A DNA stretch of 64,000 nt from Anaerolineae bacterium. GTDB lineage: Bacteria > Chloroflexota > Anaerolineae > Anaerolineales > Anaerolineaceae. The notes beneath the pieces were generated by a model, which saw nothing but the letters and a program-made list of their open reading frames with translations, searched no databases and was not told the DNA's origin. The position numbers and the translations under genes were made by a program. This document shows positions 1-10,329 of this stretch, one piece after another. Location of the stretch: NCBI GenBank assembly GCA_013178095.1, contig JABLXK010000017.1, positions 2,475 to 66,474 of the forward strand, read 5' to 3'. Position 1 is the first letter of the stretch, and each line of letters starts with the position of its first letter.

Positions 1-495
1 GACGTCGATCTGGGTCTGCGCATTTATGAATGGCGGCGCAAGTGGCTCAACGAGCATTATGCCAAAGAAGGCGTTCCGCTCAAACCGGGCGTGCGCGAGA
101 TTTTCGCTTACCTGAAAGAAGCCGGCATTCCCGGCGCCCTGGCCACCTCGAGCACCCGCGCCATCGTCGATAATTACTTTCGCTGGTCGCATCTGGAATG
201 CCCGTTCGAGGCCATCCTCACCGGTGAAACCCTATCCAACGGGAAGCCGCACCCGGAGATTTTTTTGAAAGCCGCTCAAGCCCTGAAGAAAGATATCCAT
301 GCATGTCTGGTCATCGAGGATTCCATCAAGGGTATGCAGGGCGGTATCGCCTCGGTCGCCATGACCGTGATGGTGCCGGACCTGGTGCAGCCGACAGCGG
401 AAATCAGGGAGAAAGCTTTTTCCATCCAGGGATCGCTGCTGGACGTGATCGCCCTGATCGAAAAGCTGAACCACGCCGAAGAAAAAAGCGGGTGA
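1..495 (+). CDS. HAD-superfamily hydrolase (phosphatase / beta-phosphoglucomutase-like), 5' end outside the window
   Basis: Frame 1 is open from nt 1 (DVDLGLRIYEWRRKW...) into the listed 91..495 ORF. HAD-like blocks GKPHPEIFLKAA and CLVIEDSIKGMQGG. Stop at 493-495. Confidence 0.75.
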   Translation, partial: DVDLGLRIYEWRRKWLNEHYAKEGVPLKPGVREIFAYLKEAGIPGALATSSTRAIVDNYFRWSHLECPFEAILTGETLSNGKPHPEIFLKAAQALKKDIHACLVIEDSIKGMQGGIASVAMTVMVPDLVQPTAEIREKAFSIQGSLLDVIALIEKLNHAEEKSG

Positions 496-551
496 AAATG
501 CGTCCCAGACGCGATACATTTAGAAGTCTGAAAAAAAATCGGAGGTTTTAC

Positions 552-1484
552 ATGCCCAAGAAAATCATCATCGATACCGATCCCGGGGTGGACGACACCA
601 TTGCCATCTGCGTGGCGCTGCGTTCGCCCGAAGTGCAGGTGATCGGCCTAACCAGCGTGTTCGGCAACGCGCCCGGCGAAGTGACTGCCCAAAACGCGCT
701 GCGCCTGGTGGAGCTGGAAGGCCACGGTGACATCCCGGTGGCGCGCGGCAGCGATGTGCCGCTGGTTTTTCCGCTTGAGCGCCTGGGCACCTGGGTGCAC
801 GGCGAAGACGGCATGGGCAACACCCATCCCCCCGCGCCGCGCGGCAAACTGGTCGATCAAACCGCGGCCGAGTTCATCATCGACACGGTGCGCGCCAACC
901 CGGGTGAAGTGATCCTGGTGCCGGTCGGCCCGCTGACCAATCTGGGCCTGGCGCTGCGCCTCGACCCCGGCATTGCCGGCCTGGTCAAGGAAGTGGTGAT
1001 CATGGGCGGGGCGGTGGCCTGCCCGGGCAACATGACCCCTGTCTCGGAAGCCAATATTTACCACGATCCGCATGCCGCCGACATGGTCATGGCAGCCGGC
1101 TGGCCGCTGACCATTGTGGGGCTGGACGTGACCCATAAAACCATGATGACCACCCAATTCCAGCAGGAGCTCTTCAAGGCGGATAATCCGGCGGTCAGGT
1201 TGATCGAAAAAATTCTGCCCTGCTATAAAAATTATTTTAACGGCGCTTTCGGATTGAACGGCGCGATTTATACGCACGATCCTTCCGCGCTGGCTTACGT
1301 GATTCGGCCAGAGTTGTTCGAAACCCAATCAGTGCCGGTGTTCGTGGAGACCGCTGGGCGCTGCGTGGGGCAGACGGTGGCGGACTGGCACCATCAATGG
1401 GAAGAGCGCCCGGAGGTCAAGGTTTGCCTGGGCGTGGATTCGCCCGGTGTGCTGGCCCTGATCAAGGAACGCTTGACCAAATAA
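552..1484 (+). CDS. Nucleoside hydrolase (inosine/uridine-preferring, IUNH family), copy 1
   Basis: N-terminal IUNH signature IIIDTDPGVDDTIAI. GGAGG at 541-545 lies 6 nt before ATG 552. The listed 303..1484 ORF is an N-terminal over-extension that overlaps the HAD gene. Confidence 0.9.
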   Translation: MPKKIIIDTDPGVDDTIAICVALRSPEVQVIGLTSVFGNAPGEVTAQNALRLVELEGHGDIPVARGSDVPLVFPLERLGTWVHGEDGMGNTHPPAPRGKLVDQTAAEFIIDTVRANPGEVILVPVGPLTNLGLALRLDPGIAGLVKEVVIMGGAVACPGNMTPVSEANIYHDPHAADMVMAAGWPLTIVGLDVTHKTMMTTQFQQELFKADNPAVRLIEKILPCYKNYFNGAFGLNGAIYTHDPSALAYVIRPELFETQSVPVFVETAGRCVGQTVADWHHQWEERPEVKVCLGVDSPGVLALIKERLTK

Positions 1485-1504
1485 AATCTTTAATCGGAAA
1501 TTTC

Positions 1505-1539
1505 GAAGACCTGAATTGCAGCACAGTTCAGGTCTTTTT
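1505..1539 (+). terminator. Rho-independent terminator after nucleoside hydrolase copy 1
   Basis: AAGACCTGAA / TTCAGGTCTT 10-bp stem followed by a T-run. Confidence 0.6.
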
Positions 1540-1631
1540 CATCCCGGCCATATTTTGAGTTGGCATTCAAAGGATAGGCGGATAGAATGCTAAGTTTCGC
1601 TAAATAAATAATCATTAATAAGAGGAGAGAA

Positions 1632-2564
1632 ATGGCTACCAAAATCATCATCGACACCGACCCGGGAGTAGACGACACCATCGCGATCTGCATGGCGCTG
1701 CGCTCGCCGGAGGTGCAGGTTCTGGGGCTCACCAGTGTTTTCGGCAACGTCAAGGGCGAGGTGACCGCCCAAAACGCGCTGCGCCTGGTGGAGCTGGAAG
1801 GGCATGGCGACATTCCGGTTGCACGTGGCAGCGACCTGCCGCTCTTCTCCCGCTTCGAAATGGACGGCGCGGTGGTGCATGGCGAAGATGGCATGGGCAA
1901 TACCCATCCGCCCACGCCCCGGGGCAAAGTCATCGAGCGCACTGCGGCGCAGTTTATCGTGGATACCGTACGGGCCAACCCCGGCGAAATGACTTTGCTG
2001 GCCATAGGACCGCTGACCAACCTGGCGCTGGCGCTGCGCCTCGACCCCGGCATTGCCGGCCTGGTCAAGGAGGTGGTGGTCATGGGCGGGGCGGCGGCCT
2101 GCCCGGGCAATATGACCCCCGTGGCGGAAGCCAATATCTGGCATGATGCGCACGCGGCGGATACCGTCATGGCGGCCGGGTGGCCGCTGGTGCTGGTGGG
2201 ACTGGACGTAACCCAGAAAACCGTGATGAGCGCGCAATTTCGGCAGGAATTGTTCCGCGCGGATAATGCCGCCGTGCGGTTCATCGAGAAGATCATCCCC
2301 TGTTATGTTCAGTTCGCGGACACGGTATACCGCATGGACGGCGGCATCTATACCCACGATCCCTCCGCCATGGCTTACATCATACGGCCTGATTTGTTCA
2401 GCACTCGCAGCGCACCGGTATTTGTGGAAACCGAAGGGCGCTGCATTGGCCAGACGGTGGCCGATTGGCAGCATCAATGGGAAGCGCGGCCGGAGGTCAA
2501 GGTTTGCTTGGATGTTGATTCGGCCGGCGTGCTGGCCTTGATCAGGGAACGCTTAACCCGGTAA
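1632..2564 (+). CDS. Nucleoside hydrolase (IUNH family), copy 2 (tandem paralogue)
   Basis: IIIDTDPGVDDTIAI signature, co-linear with copy 1 over its whole length. GAGGAGAG RBS at 1622-1629. Confidence 0.9.
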   Translation: MATKIIIDTDPGVDDTIAICMALRSPEVQVLGLTSVFGNVKGEVTAQNALRLVELEGHGDIPVARGSDLPLFSRFEMDGAVVHGEDGMGNTHPPTPRGKVIERTAAQFIVDTVRANPGEMTLLAIGPLTNLALALRLDPGIAGLVKEVVVMGGAAACPGNMTPVAEANIWHDAHAADTVMAAGWPLVLVGLDVTQKTVMSAQFRQELFRADNAAVRFIEKIIPCYVQFADTVYRMDGGIYTHDPSAMAYIIRPDLFSTRSAPVFVETEGRCIGQTVADWQHQWEARPEVKVCLDVDSAGVLALIRERLTR

Positions 2565-2631
2565 CCGTCAGACGTTGGCCTTTTAAAAAATTATTGTGTA
2601 GCGAAAGTACCCTCCAACCCGGATTGTACGG

Positions 2632-2659
2632 TTGAAAATTATACAATTCACCCTATAAT
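2632..2659 (+). promoter_or_regulatory. Sigma-70-like promoter candidate
   Basis: TTGAAA (2632-2637), 16-nt spacer, TATAAT (2654-2659), about 40 nt upstream of ATG 2697. Confidence 0.4.
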
Positions 2660-2696
2660 CAAATCAAAGAAAAAAACTCAGGAGAGGAGGGTATTC

Positions 2697-4208
2697 ATGA
2701 AAAGCAGGAATACTGTAATTTTGGCATGCGCGTGCATGGCCGCGCTGCTCCTCACCGCGGCTTCACCCAACCCGCAGGAATTAAACCCGCAAGCCCCGCA
2801 AGAACCGGTCAAATTGATCTTTATCCACCATTCCACTGGCGAGAATTGGCTGGCGGATGGTTACGGCAACCTGGGCGAAGAATTGGGTGAGAACAATTAT
2901 TTCGTCAGCGATACCAACTACGGCTGGGGCCCCGATTCCATCGGCGACCGCACGGATATCCCGGACTGGCTGGAATGGTTCGACAGCGATCAAACTACCG
3001 CATATATGCAGGCTTTATTCAATGAAAGCGATCAGCACGCCGCGTACACGCGCCGCCTCGCGGATCCCGGTGGAGAAAACCGAATCATCCTGTTCAAGTC
3101 CTGTTTCCCAAATTCCGAGCTGGGCGGCAGCCCGGATGACCCGCCTGCAACCTACGGCGATTTAACCGTTGGCGGGGCAAAATTTGTGTATAACCGCATC
3201 CTGGAATATTTCGCCAGCCGCCCGGACAAGCTGTTTGTGGTGATCACCGCGCCGCCGGTCAGCTCGCGCGAATATGCCGCGAATGCGCGCGCTTTCAATA
3301 ATTGGCTGGTGAACGATTGGCTGAAAGAAGCGGAGTACACCCGGAAGAACGTAGTCGTTTTTGATTTTTACAACATCCTGACGGACGCGAACGCCCATCA
3401 CCGTTATGCAGATGGCAAGATCGAGTATATTGCCGGCAAACGCGACACGCTGGCATATCCCTCCGGCGACGACCATCCCTCGGAAAAAGGCAGCCAAAAA
3501 GCCACCGAAGAATTCATCCCCTTCCTGAACAGTTATTATCACCAATGGGTCGTTGACGCGCCTGCGGCAGTCGTTGCGGAAGCCGGCAATACGTCCGCGC
3601 TGCCGCAGCCAACGAAAGAAGTTCCCCGCGCGGAAAGCCAGACTCCAGGCGGCGCGTTGATCGACGATTTTGAGGGAAGCGTTCCATCCGGCACTGATGG
3701 CTGGGAAGTGTTTTGGGATGAATCTGTCCCGACCAGGCTGCGCTGCGAGGCGGATGCAACTGTGGCGCACGCCGGCTCCCAGGCCCTTGTGATCGATTTC
3801 GCCATCCGGCCCAATTCCTGGGCAACCTGCAATCTTCTTTATGGCAGCCTTCAGGATTGGAGCGGATACGACGGGTTAGCGTTCTATTTATCGGCTGCGC
3901 AAGCCGGTTTGGTATTCAATGTGGACCTTTACGCCGGCAGCCCCGACGCGCAGGAAACCTACCAGTACACCATTGAAACGCCGCCGGATAGTGTGAGCGG
4001 GTGGATTTCCATCTCCCTCTATTGGAGCGATTTTCATCGCGTGGCCTGGGAAGAGGATGCCGGCGCGGTCTTTGACCACCCCGAACAAATCAGCGGTCTG
4101 GCATTTGGATTGAACACCTTCCCGGATACTCCTAATGAAGGCATGATCCGGGTGGATGACCTGGGTTTGATCGAAGCACAGCCCGAATCACCAGTTACTT
4201 CCCAATAG
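2697..4208 (+). CDS. Secreted two-domain protein of unknown function (N-terminal hydrolase-like domain, C-terminal carbohydrate-binding-like beta-sandwich)
   Basis: Signal peptide MKSRNTVILACACMAALLLTAAS. RBS GGAGAGGAGGG at 2681-2691. The C-terminal LIDDFEGS...GWEVFWDES segment resembles CBM11/CIA30-type modules (recollection). The N-terminal IFIHHSTGENW ... DDHPSEKG blocks are faintly SGNH-like. Confidence 0.6.
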   Translation: MKSRNTVILACACMAALLLTAASPNPQELNPQAPQEPVKLIFIHHSTGENWLADGYGNLGEELGENNYFVSDTNYGWGPDSIGDRTDIPDWLEWFDSDQTTAYMQALFNESDQHAAYTRRLADPGGENRIILFKSCFPNSELGGSPDDPPATYGDLTVGGAKFVYNRILEYFASRPDKLFVVITAPPVSSREYAANARAFNNWLVNDWLKEAEYTRKNVVVFDFYNILTDANAHHRYADGKIEYIAGKRDTLAYPSGDDHPSEKGSQKATEEFIPFLNSYYHQWVVDAPAAVVAEAGNTSALPQPTKEVPRAESQTPGGALIDDFEGSVPSGTDGWEVFWDESVPTRLRCEADATVAHAGSQALVIDFAIRPNSWATCNLLYGSLQDWSGYDGLAFYLSAAQAGLVFNVDLYAGSPDAQETYQYTIETPPDSVSGWISISLYWSDFHRVAWEEDAGAVFDHPEQISGLAFGLNTFPDTPNEGMIRVDDLGLIEAQPESPVTSQ

Positions 4209-4255
4209 AATCTCGAGGAAGATCCCTTGTGCAGTGGATTGTCTGAAAAATTATT

Positions 4256-4289
4256 AAAAAAGAAACGCCGCGCGCGCGGCGTTTCTTTT
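4256..4289. terminator. Bidirectional hairpin terminator between convergent genes
   Basis: AGAAACGCCGCG / CGCGGCGTTTCT 12-bp inverted repeat, flanked by an A-run on the left and a T-run on the right. Confidence 0.6.
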
Positions 4290-4306
4290 AGGGCCAACAA
4301 TAAGGA

Positions 4307-4549
4307 CTATTTCCTGCGCTTGAAGAAGTTGATGACCAGCAGCAGCAAAACCGCGCCGACAAAGGCCACGATGATCTCGCCGATCAATCCGCCCAGGTCC
4401 AGGCCGAAGAGTGAAAACACCCACGTACCCAGGAAAGAACCGGCGATGCCGATCAGGATGTCGGCCAGCGTGCCGAAGGTATTTTTGACCACTTTATCGG
4501 CCAAAAAACCGGCGACGGCGCCTACAATAACGAGCATTAAAATATTCAT
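4307..4549 (-). CDS. GlsB/YeaQ/YmgE-family small stress-response membrane protein
   Basis: 80 aa, glycine-rich hydrophobic segments (VGAVAGFLADKVV ... GIAGSFLGTWVF ... IVAFVGAVLLLLV) typical of the transglycosylase-associated family. Confidence 0.85.
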   Translation of the reverse strand: MNILMLVIVGAVAGFLADKVVKNTFGTLADILIGIAGSFLGTWVFSLFGLDLGGLIGEIIVAFVGAVLLLLVINFFKRRK

Positions 4550-4739
4550 GATAACAACTCCTTTTTGGTTATATCTTCAGTATAACGAGCACTTGAAAAA
4601 TATACAATTGCACAGTGAGCTTTATTATATAACTCTAATACGATGCTGATTCGGTTGATCTTCTAAAAAGGTCAATTTTTTGACTTTTATCTTCATTTGT
4701 GCTATTTTTAACCATCGAAATTTACTCAGGATTATTGCA

Positions 4740-5576
4740 ATGATCAGAGAACGGATAGCTGATAACGTATATTGGTTTCAAAGTGAAATTTACGCCCAGG
4801 TGACCGCCGGTGCGATCGTGGGTTCCAATTGGGCGGTTCTGGTGGATACCCTGGCGCTGCCCCAGGAAACGCTGGAGATGCGGGCTTACCTGGAAGAGAC
4901 CCTGGGTGTGCAGGTACGCTATATTGTCAACACTATCTACCATGCCGATCACACTTTCGGCAATTGCTTTTTCCCCGGCGCAGTAGTGATCGGGCACAGC
5001 CTGTGCCGGAAATTGATGGAACAACATAATTATCAAGCGCTGGAAAGAATCCGCGAGCAAAACCCCGAATTCAAGAAAGTAAAGGTCCAGCTGCCCGGCC
5101 TGACTTTCGATTCGGGCACCTTGTCACTGCAGATCGGCAAACGCCACATTAAAATATTCCCCACGCCGGGCAACAGCCCGGATGGTATTTCCGTGCTGGT
5201 ACGCGAAGACCGCGTGCTGTTCAGCGGTGACGCATTCCTGCCGCTGCCGATCATCGTCGAGGGTGACGTGGATCAATCCAGCGAAACTATCAAGGCGATT
5301 GCCAAGATGAGCCTGGAAAATATCGTGCAGGGGCATGGCGACGTGATCCTGCGCGGCGAGATCGACCAGGCAGTCAAAAGCAACCTGAATTACCTGGCAG
5401 CCATCAAGAAAGTGGCGCGCACGGCAGCCAAACGCAAAGACCCGCTGACGGTTTTGGAAGAAGCCACGGTGGAGGAGTGCGGAAAGAGCCGCGTGCTGCT
5501 GGGCGGCCTGGTGGAAGACTTGCACAAACGGAATTTGGCAGCCCTCTACAAACAGGAAATGGCTGCGAATCAATAA
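4740..5576 (+). CDS. MBL-fold metallo-hydrolase
   Basis: HADHTFGN (HxHxDH-type) motif and a later QGHGD. ATG 4740 chosen inside the listed 4680..5576 ORF (MIRERIADNVYWFQ). Confidence 0.8.
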   Translation: MIRERIADNVYWFQSEIYAQVTAGAIVGSNWAVLVDTLALPQETLEMRAYLEETLGVQVRYIVNTIYHADHTFGNCFFPGAVVIGHSLCRKLMEQHNYQALERIREQNPEFKKVKVQLPGLTFDSGTLSLQIGKRHIKIFPTPGNSPDGISVLVREDRVLFSGDAFLPLPIIVEGDVDQSSETIKAIAKMSLENIVQGHGDVILRGEIDQAVKSNLNYLAAIKKVARTAAKRKDPLTVLEEATVEECGKSRVLLGGLVEDLHKRNLAALYKQEMAANQ

Positions 5577-5592
5577 ATACCGATTCTAAATA

Positions 5593-6261
5593 CTATTTTT
5601 TGATGAATTGGTCTTTCTTGAAGATGCGCGCCAGCAGTTGCACGCGCCGCTCGGTGCCTTCCTTGAGCCGTTTCAGGTTGGGGATCAGCGCCAGGATTAC
5701 CAATGCCAGCGACAGGATGCCGAACAGGACGTAAGCCCACGGGCTCATGCCCTCCAATGCCCGCACGACAAAAACACCCAGTGCTGAAAACGCGATGCTG
5801 ATGGTGGTCAGTGAGGCATACCCCACCAACACATAGAAAATCGCGGCAAACGGCAGGATAATCATCCAGGAATTGAGCCATAAACCAATGGCCGCGCCCA
5901 GGGTGGTGGCGCCGCCTGCGCCGCCGCGGAAGTGGAGTTTCCCGTTTTCGTCTTTTTCGACCAGGAAAGCGGAGTAATTATGCCCGACAATGGCAAGCAC
6001 GCCGCTCAGGGCGGCTGTCCATTCGACGCCCATGGAAAGTGTCTTGCTGATCCAGACGGCGGCCGCGCCTTTCGCCACATCTAATAATGCGGTCAACAAT
6101 CCGGCAATGGCGCCGCCGGCGCGCATGGCGTTGGTTCCACCGGTGCGGCCGCTTTCGATCGTGCGGACGTCTTTGCCGGTGAAGATTTTTACCACCAGTA
6201 AACCGGAAGGGATCGATCCGATCAAGTAAGCAATTGGTAAGGATAATAAAGCTGTCATCAT
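5593..6261 (-). CDS. plsY: Glycerol-3-phosphate acyltransferase PlsY
   Basis: AYLIGSIPSGLLV ... GSGRTGGTNAMR, PlsY-type polytopic membrane protein of about 220 aa. Confidence 0.9.
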   Translation of the reverse strand: MMTALLSLPIAYLIGSIPSGLLVVKIFTGKDVRTIESGRTGGTNAMRAGGAIAGLLTALLDVAKGAAAVWISKTLSMGVEWTAALSGVLAIVGHNYSAFLVEKDENGKLHFRGGAGGATTLGAAIGLWLNSWMIILPFAAIFYVLVGYASLTTISIAFSALGVFVVRALEGMSPWAYVLFGILSLALVILALIPNLKRLKEGTERRVQLLARIFKKDQFIKK

Positions 6262-6297
6262 GCCATTAAACCCGAATCCTAAAAATAAGTTGCGTCT

Positions 6298-7110
6298 TTA
6301 TTTTATTAATATCGCCAATACCCAAATTACGGCCAGGACAACCAGCGGATCATAAAACACTTTGCGGATATCCGGGTTTTCCTCCAATGAAGCCGCAATT
6401 CCGATCAACGCATAGGCCGGTCCTGTCAGGATTAAACCAAAGCGGACAGGGGTCAGCGGCCAATAATATGCAGCAATTATACATTGGGTTACGATCAACG
6501 TGATCACTGCGGTCCATTCAAAACGCCAGCGGCCGCTCAACCGAAAGTGCAGGATCCGCAGGCAGAGGAATATAAAAAAGGAAGGCAGTATCAGCAGAAT
6601 GAGGTAGAGCCGCGCGTTGGACGCCCGCAGCACGATGCACAGTAAAAAGAAAATGCCATAACTCACCGCGGAAAGCACCATCAAAGCTAACGGATAACGG
6701 GAGTCATCCGAATCCATGGAGATATATTCCGCCACCAGGATCAAAATGATGAGCATGCTGCCGAACGCCAGAATGATCCACCATTCGATGCCCGTCTCCA
6801 GCAGCCCCAGCGGAAAACCCAGCGCGCCGCTGGATATGGCGGGCAGGATCAGGTGCGGCAGGGTGGAGTGGGTGGCGATCTGCGGGTGGTCGCGCAGCAT
6901 CCAGTCAGCGCCGGCTGCGGCGATGGCGGCCGCGATCAACGACATGAGGTTGAAGAAATTGACGCGCAATGGCAGCAGGATGCCAGCAATGGTGATGGGG
7001 ATTTCCCGCGCCGGCAATTGGATAAAGGGCAGCGTTGCATAGCAGATCAGGATGCAGGCCGAGACAATGCTGAGTTTATCGGGTTGTGGCAGTTGAAAGC
7101 GTTTTTCCAC
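6298..7110 (-). CDS. Polytopic membrane protein, function unknown
   Basis: 270-aa ORF with about 8 hydrophobic segments. No motif recognised. Confidence 0.6.
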   Translation of the reverse strand: MEKRFQLPQPDKLSIVSACILICYATLPFIQLPAREIPITIAGILLPLRVNFFNLMSLIAAAIAAAGADWMLRDHPQIATHSTLPHLILPAISSGALGFPLGLLETGIEWWIILAFGSMLIILILVAEYISMDSDDSRYPLALMVLSAVSYGIFFLLCIVLRASNARLYLILLILPSFFIFLCLRILHFRLSGRWRFEWTAVITLIVTQCIIAAYYWPLTPVRFGLILTGPAYALIGIAASLEENPDIRKVFYDPLVVLAVIWVLAILIK

Positions 7111-7187
7111 ACGCTGATTTTACCTTATCCGTTTGGAATGGGTGAATTGCGGGGAAAAATGACCGGTATGGTAGAATAATAGATTGT

Positions 7188-8192
7188 ATGTTTGAACCCG
7201 TCTCAGAAATCAAGAATGAACCGCCCAGGCTGATCCCTTCAATGGTGGAGGGTTTTAACGCCATAGCCAGTCACATCTACATCATCCTTTTCCCGGTATT
7301 GTTGGATTTGCTGCTCTGGTTTGGGCCGCTCGTGCGTATCAAGGATTTACTGCTGCCGACTGTTCTAAAAGCTTCTGAAATTTCCGCTCCGGCTTACGGC
7401 GCAGACAGTCAGGCTTTTCTGGAAACCGCAAAGGAGATGTGGACGACTATCTTGAGCCAGTTCAACATTCTCTCCAGCTTGCGCACATTTCCAATCGGCA
7501 TCCCAAGTCTGCTGATCAGCAAGGGTATTGTGAAAAATCCGCTCGGTTCGGTGCAGGTGATTGAGCTGCAATCCGCCGATAGCGCCCTGGCGCTCATGCT
7601 GGGTTTGCTCTTGCTTGGTTTGGTGCTCGGCAGCCTCTATTTCGCGCTGATTGCGGAAGTGACCAATCCAGACAGCGGACCGTTGAAGTTTTCCGAACTG
7701 CTGCACCAGATCATGCAGTGCCTGCTGCTTTCGTTTATTCTTGCCTGCGGCGTGCTCGTGCTCTCGATCCCGGCGGTTTGCCTGGTTTCAACCCTCGCTT
7801 TATTTCTGCCGTCTTTGGGATCCTTGCCGCTTTTGATGCTCAGCTTGATCATGGTCTGGTTTTTGCTGCCGATCGCTTTTTCGCCGCATGGTATTTTCGC
7901 CCATCATTTCAACGCAACCACGGCGATCGCGAATTCCTTCCGGCTGGTGCGCTCATCGATGAACGCAACCGGGTTGTTCTTCATAATGTTGATCCTCTTG
8001 AGTTACGGGCTGGATGCGCTTTGGTCCACGCCCCCGATTGACAGTTGGATGCTGCTGGTGGGCATCCTGGGTCATGGCTTCATTTCCAGCGGTCTAATCG
8101 CATCCTCATTCGCATTTTACAACCGCGGGATGAAATGGGTGCAGGCGGTCATTCACGAGATGAATGCTCGAAAACCAAAAATTCTTTCATAA
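7188..8192 (+). CDS. Polytopic membrane protein, function unknown
   Basis: 334-aa ORF with multiple hydrophobic segments. No motif recognised. Confidence 0.6.
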   Translation: MFEPVSEIKNEPPRLIPSMVEGFNAIASHIYIILFPVLLDLLLWFGPLVRIKDLLLPTVLKASEISAPAYGADSQAFLETAKEMWTTILSQFNILSSLRTFPIGIPSLLISKGIVKNPLGSVQVIELQSADSALALMLGLLLLGLVLGSLYFALIAEVTNPDSGPLKFSELLHQIMQCLLLSFILACGVLVLSIPAVCLVSTLALFLPSLGSLPLLMLSLIMVWFLLPIAFSPHGIFAHHFNATTAIANSFRLVRSSMNATGLFFIMLILLSYGLDALWSTPPIDSWMLLVGILGHGFISSGLIASSFAFYNRGMKWVQAVIHEMNARKPKILS

Positions 8193-10160
<1,968 letters not shown>

Positions 10161-10180
10161 TTCTTCTCCCGTTAGTGTAA

Positions 10181-10206
10181 AAGACGCTATTTACGGCGTC
10201 TTTTTT
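10181..10206 (+). terminator. Rho-independent terminator after gyrB
   Basis: AAGACGC / GCGTCTT stem followed by T6. Confidence 0.55.
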
Positions 10207-10274
10207 ATATCAGGTTTTTCAAAATTAATCCAAAACTTGACTTTATTTTATGAAAACAGCCCACCTGGTCACAA

Positions 10275-10309
10275 ATAAAAGAAACCGCTGCCCGATCTCG
10301 GGCAGCGGT
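10275..10309 (-). terminator. Rho-independent terminator after htrA
   Basis: ACCGCTGCCCGA / TCGGGCAGCGGT perfect inverted repeat. On the minus strand it is followed by TTTCTTTTATTT. Confidence 0.65.
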
Positions 10310-10329
10310 CCAGGGAAAGAAGGAGGAGA

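Noticed and set aside
303-1484. The listed 393-aa version of nucleoside hydrolase copy 1.
   Set aside because: The first 83 codons overlap the HAD gene in another frame and encode Arg/Gly-rich sequence. The family N-terminus (MPKKIIIDTDPGVDD) with a GGAGG RBS starts at 552, matching paralogue 2.
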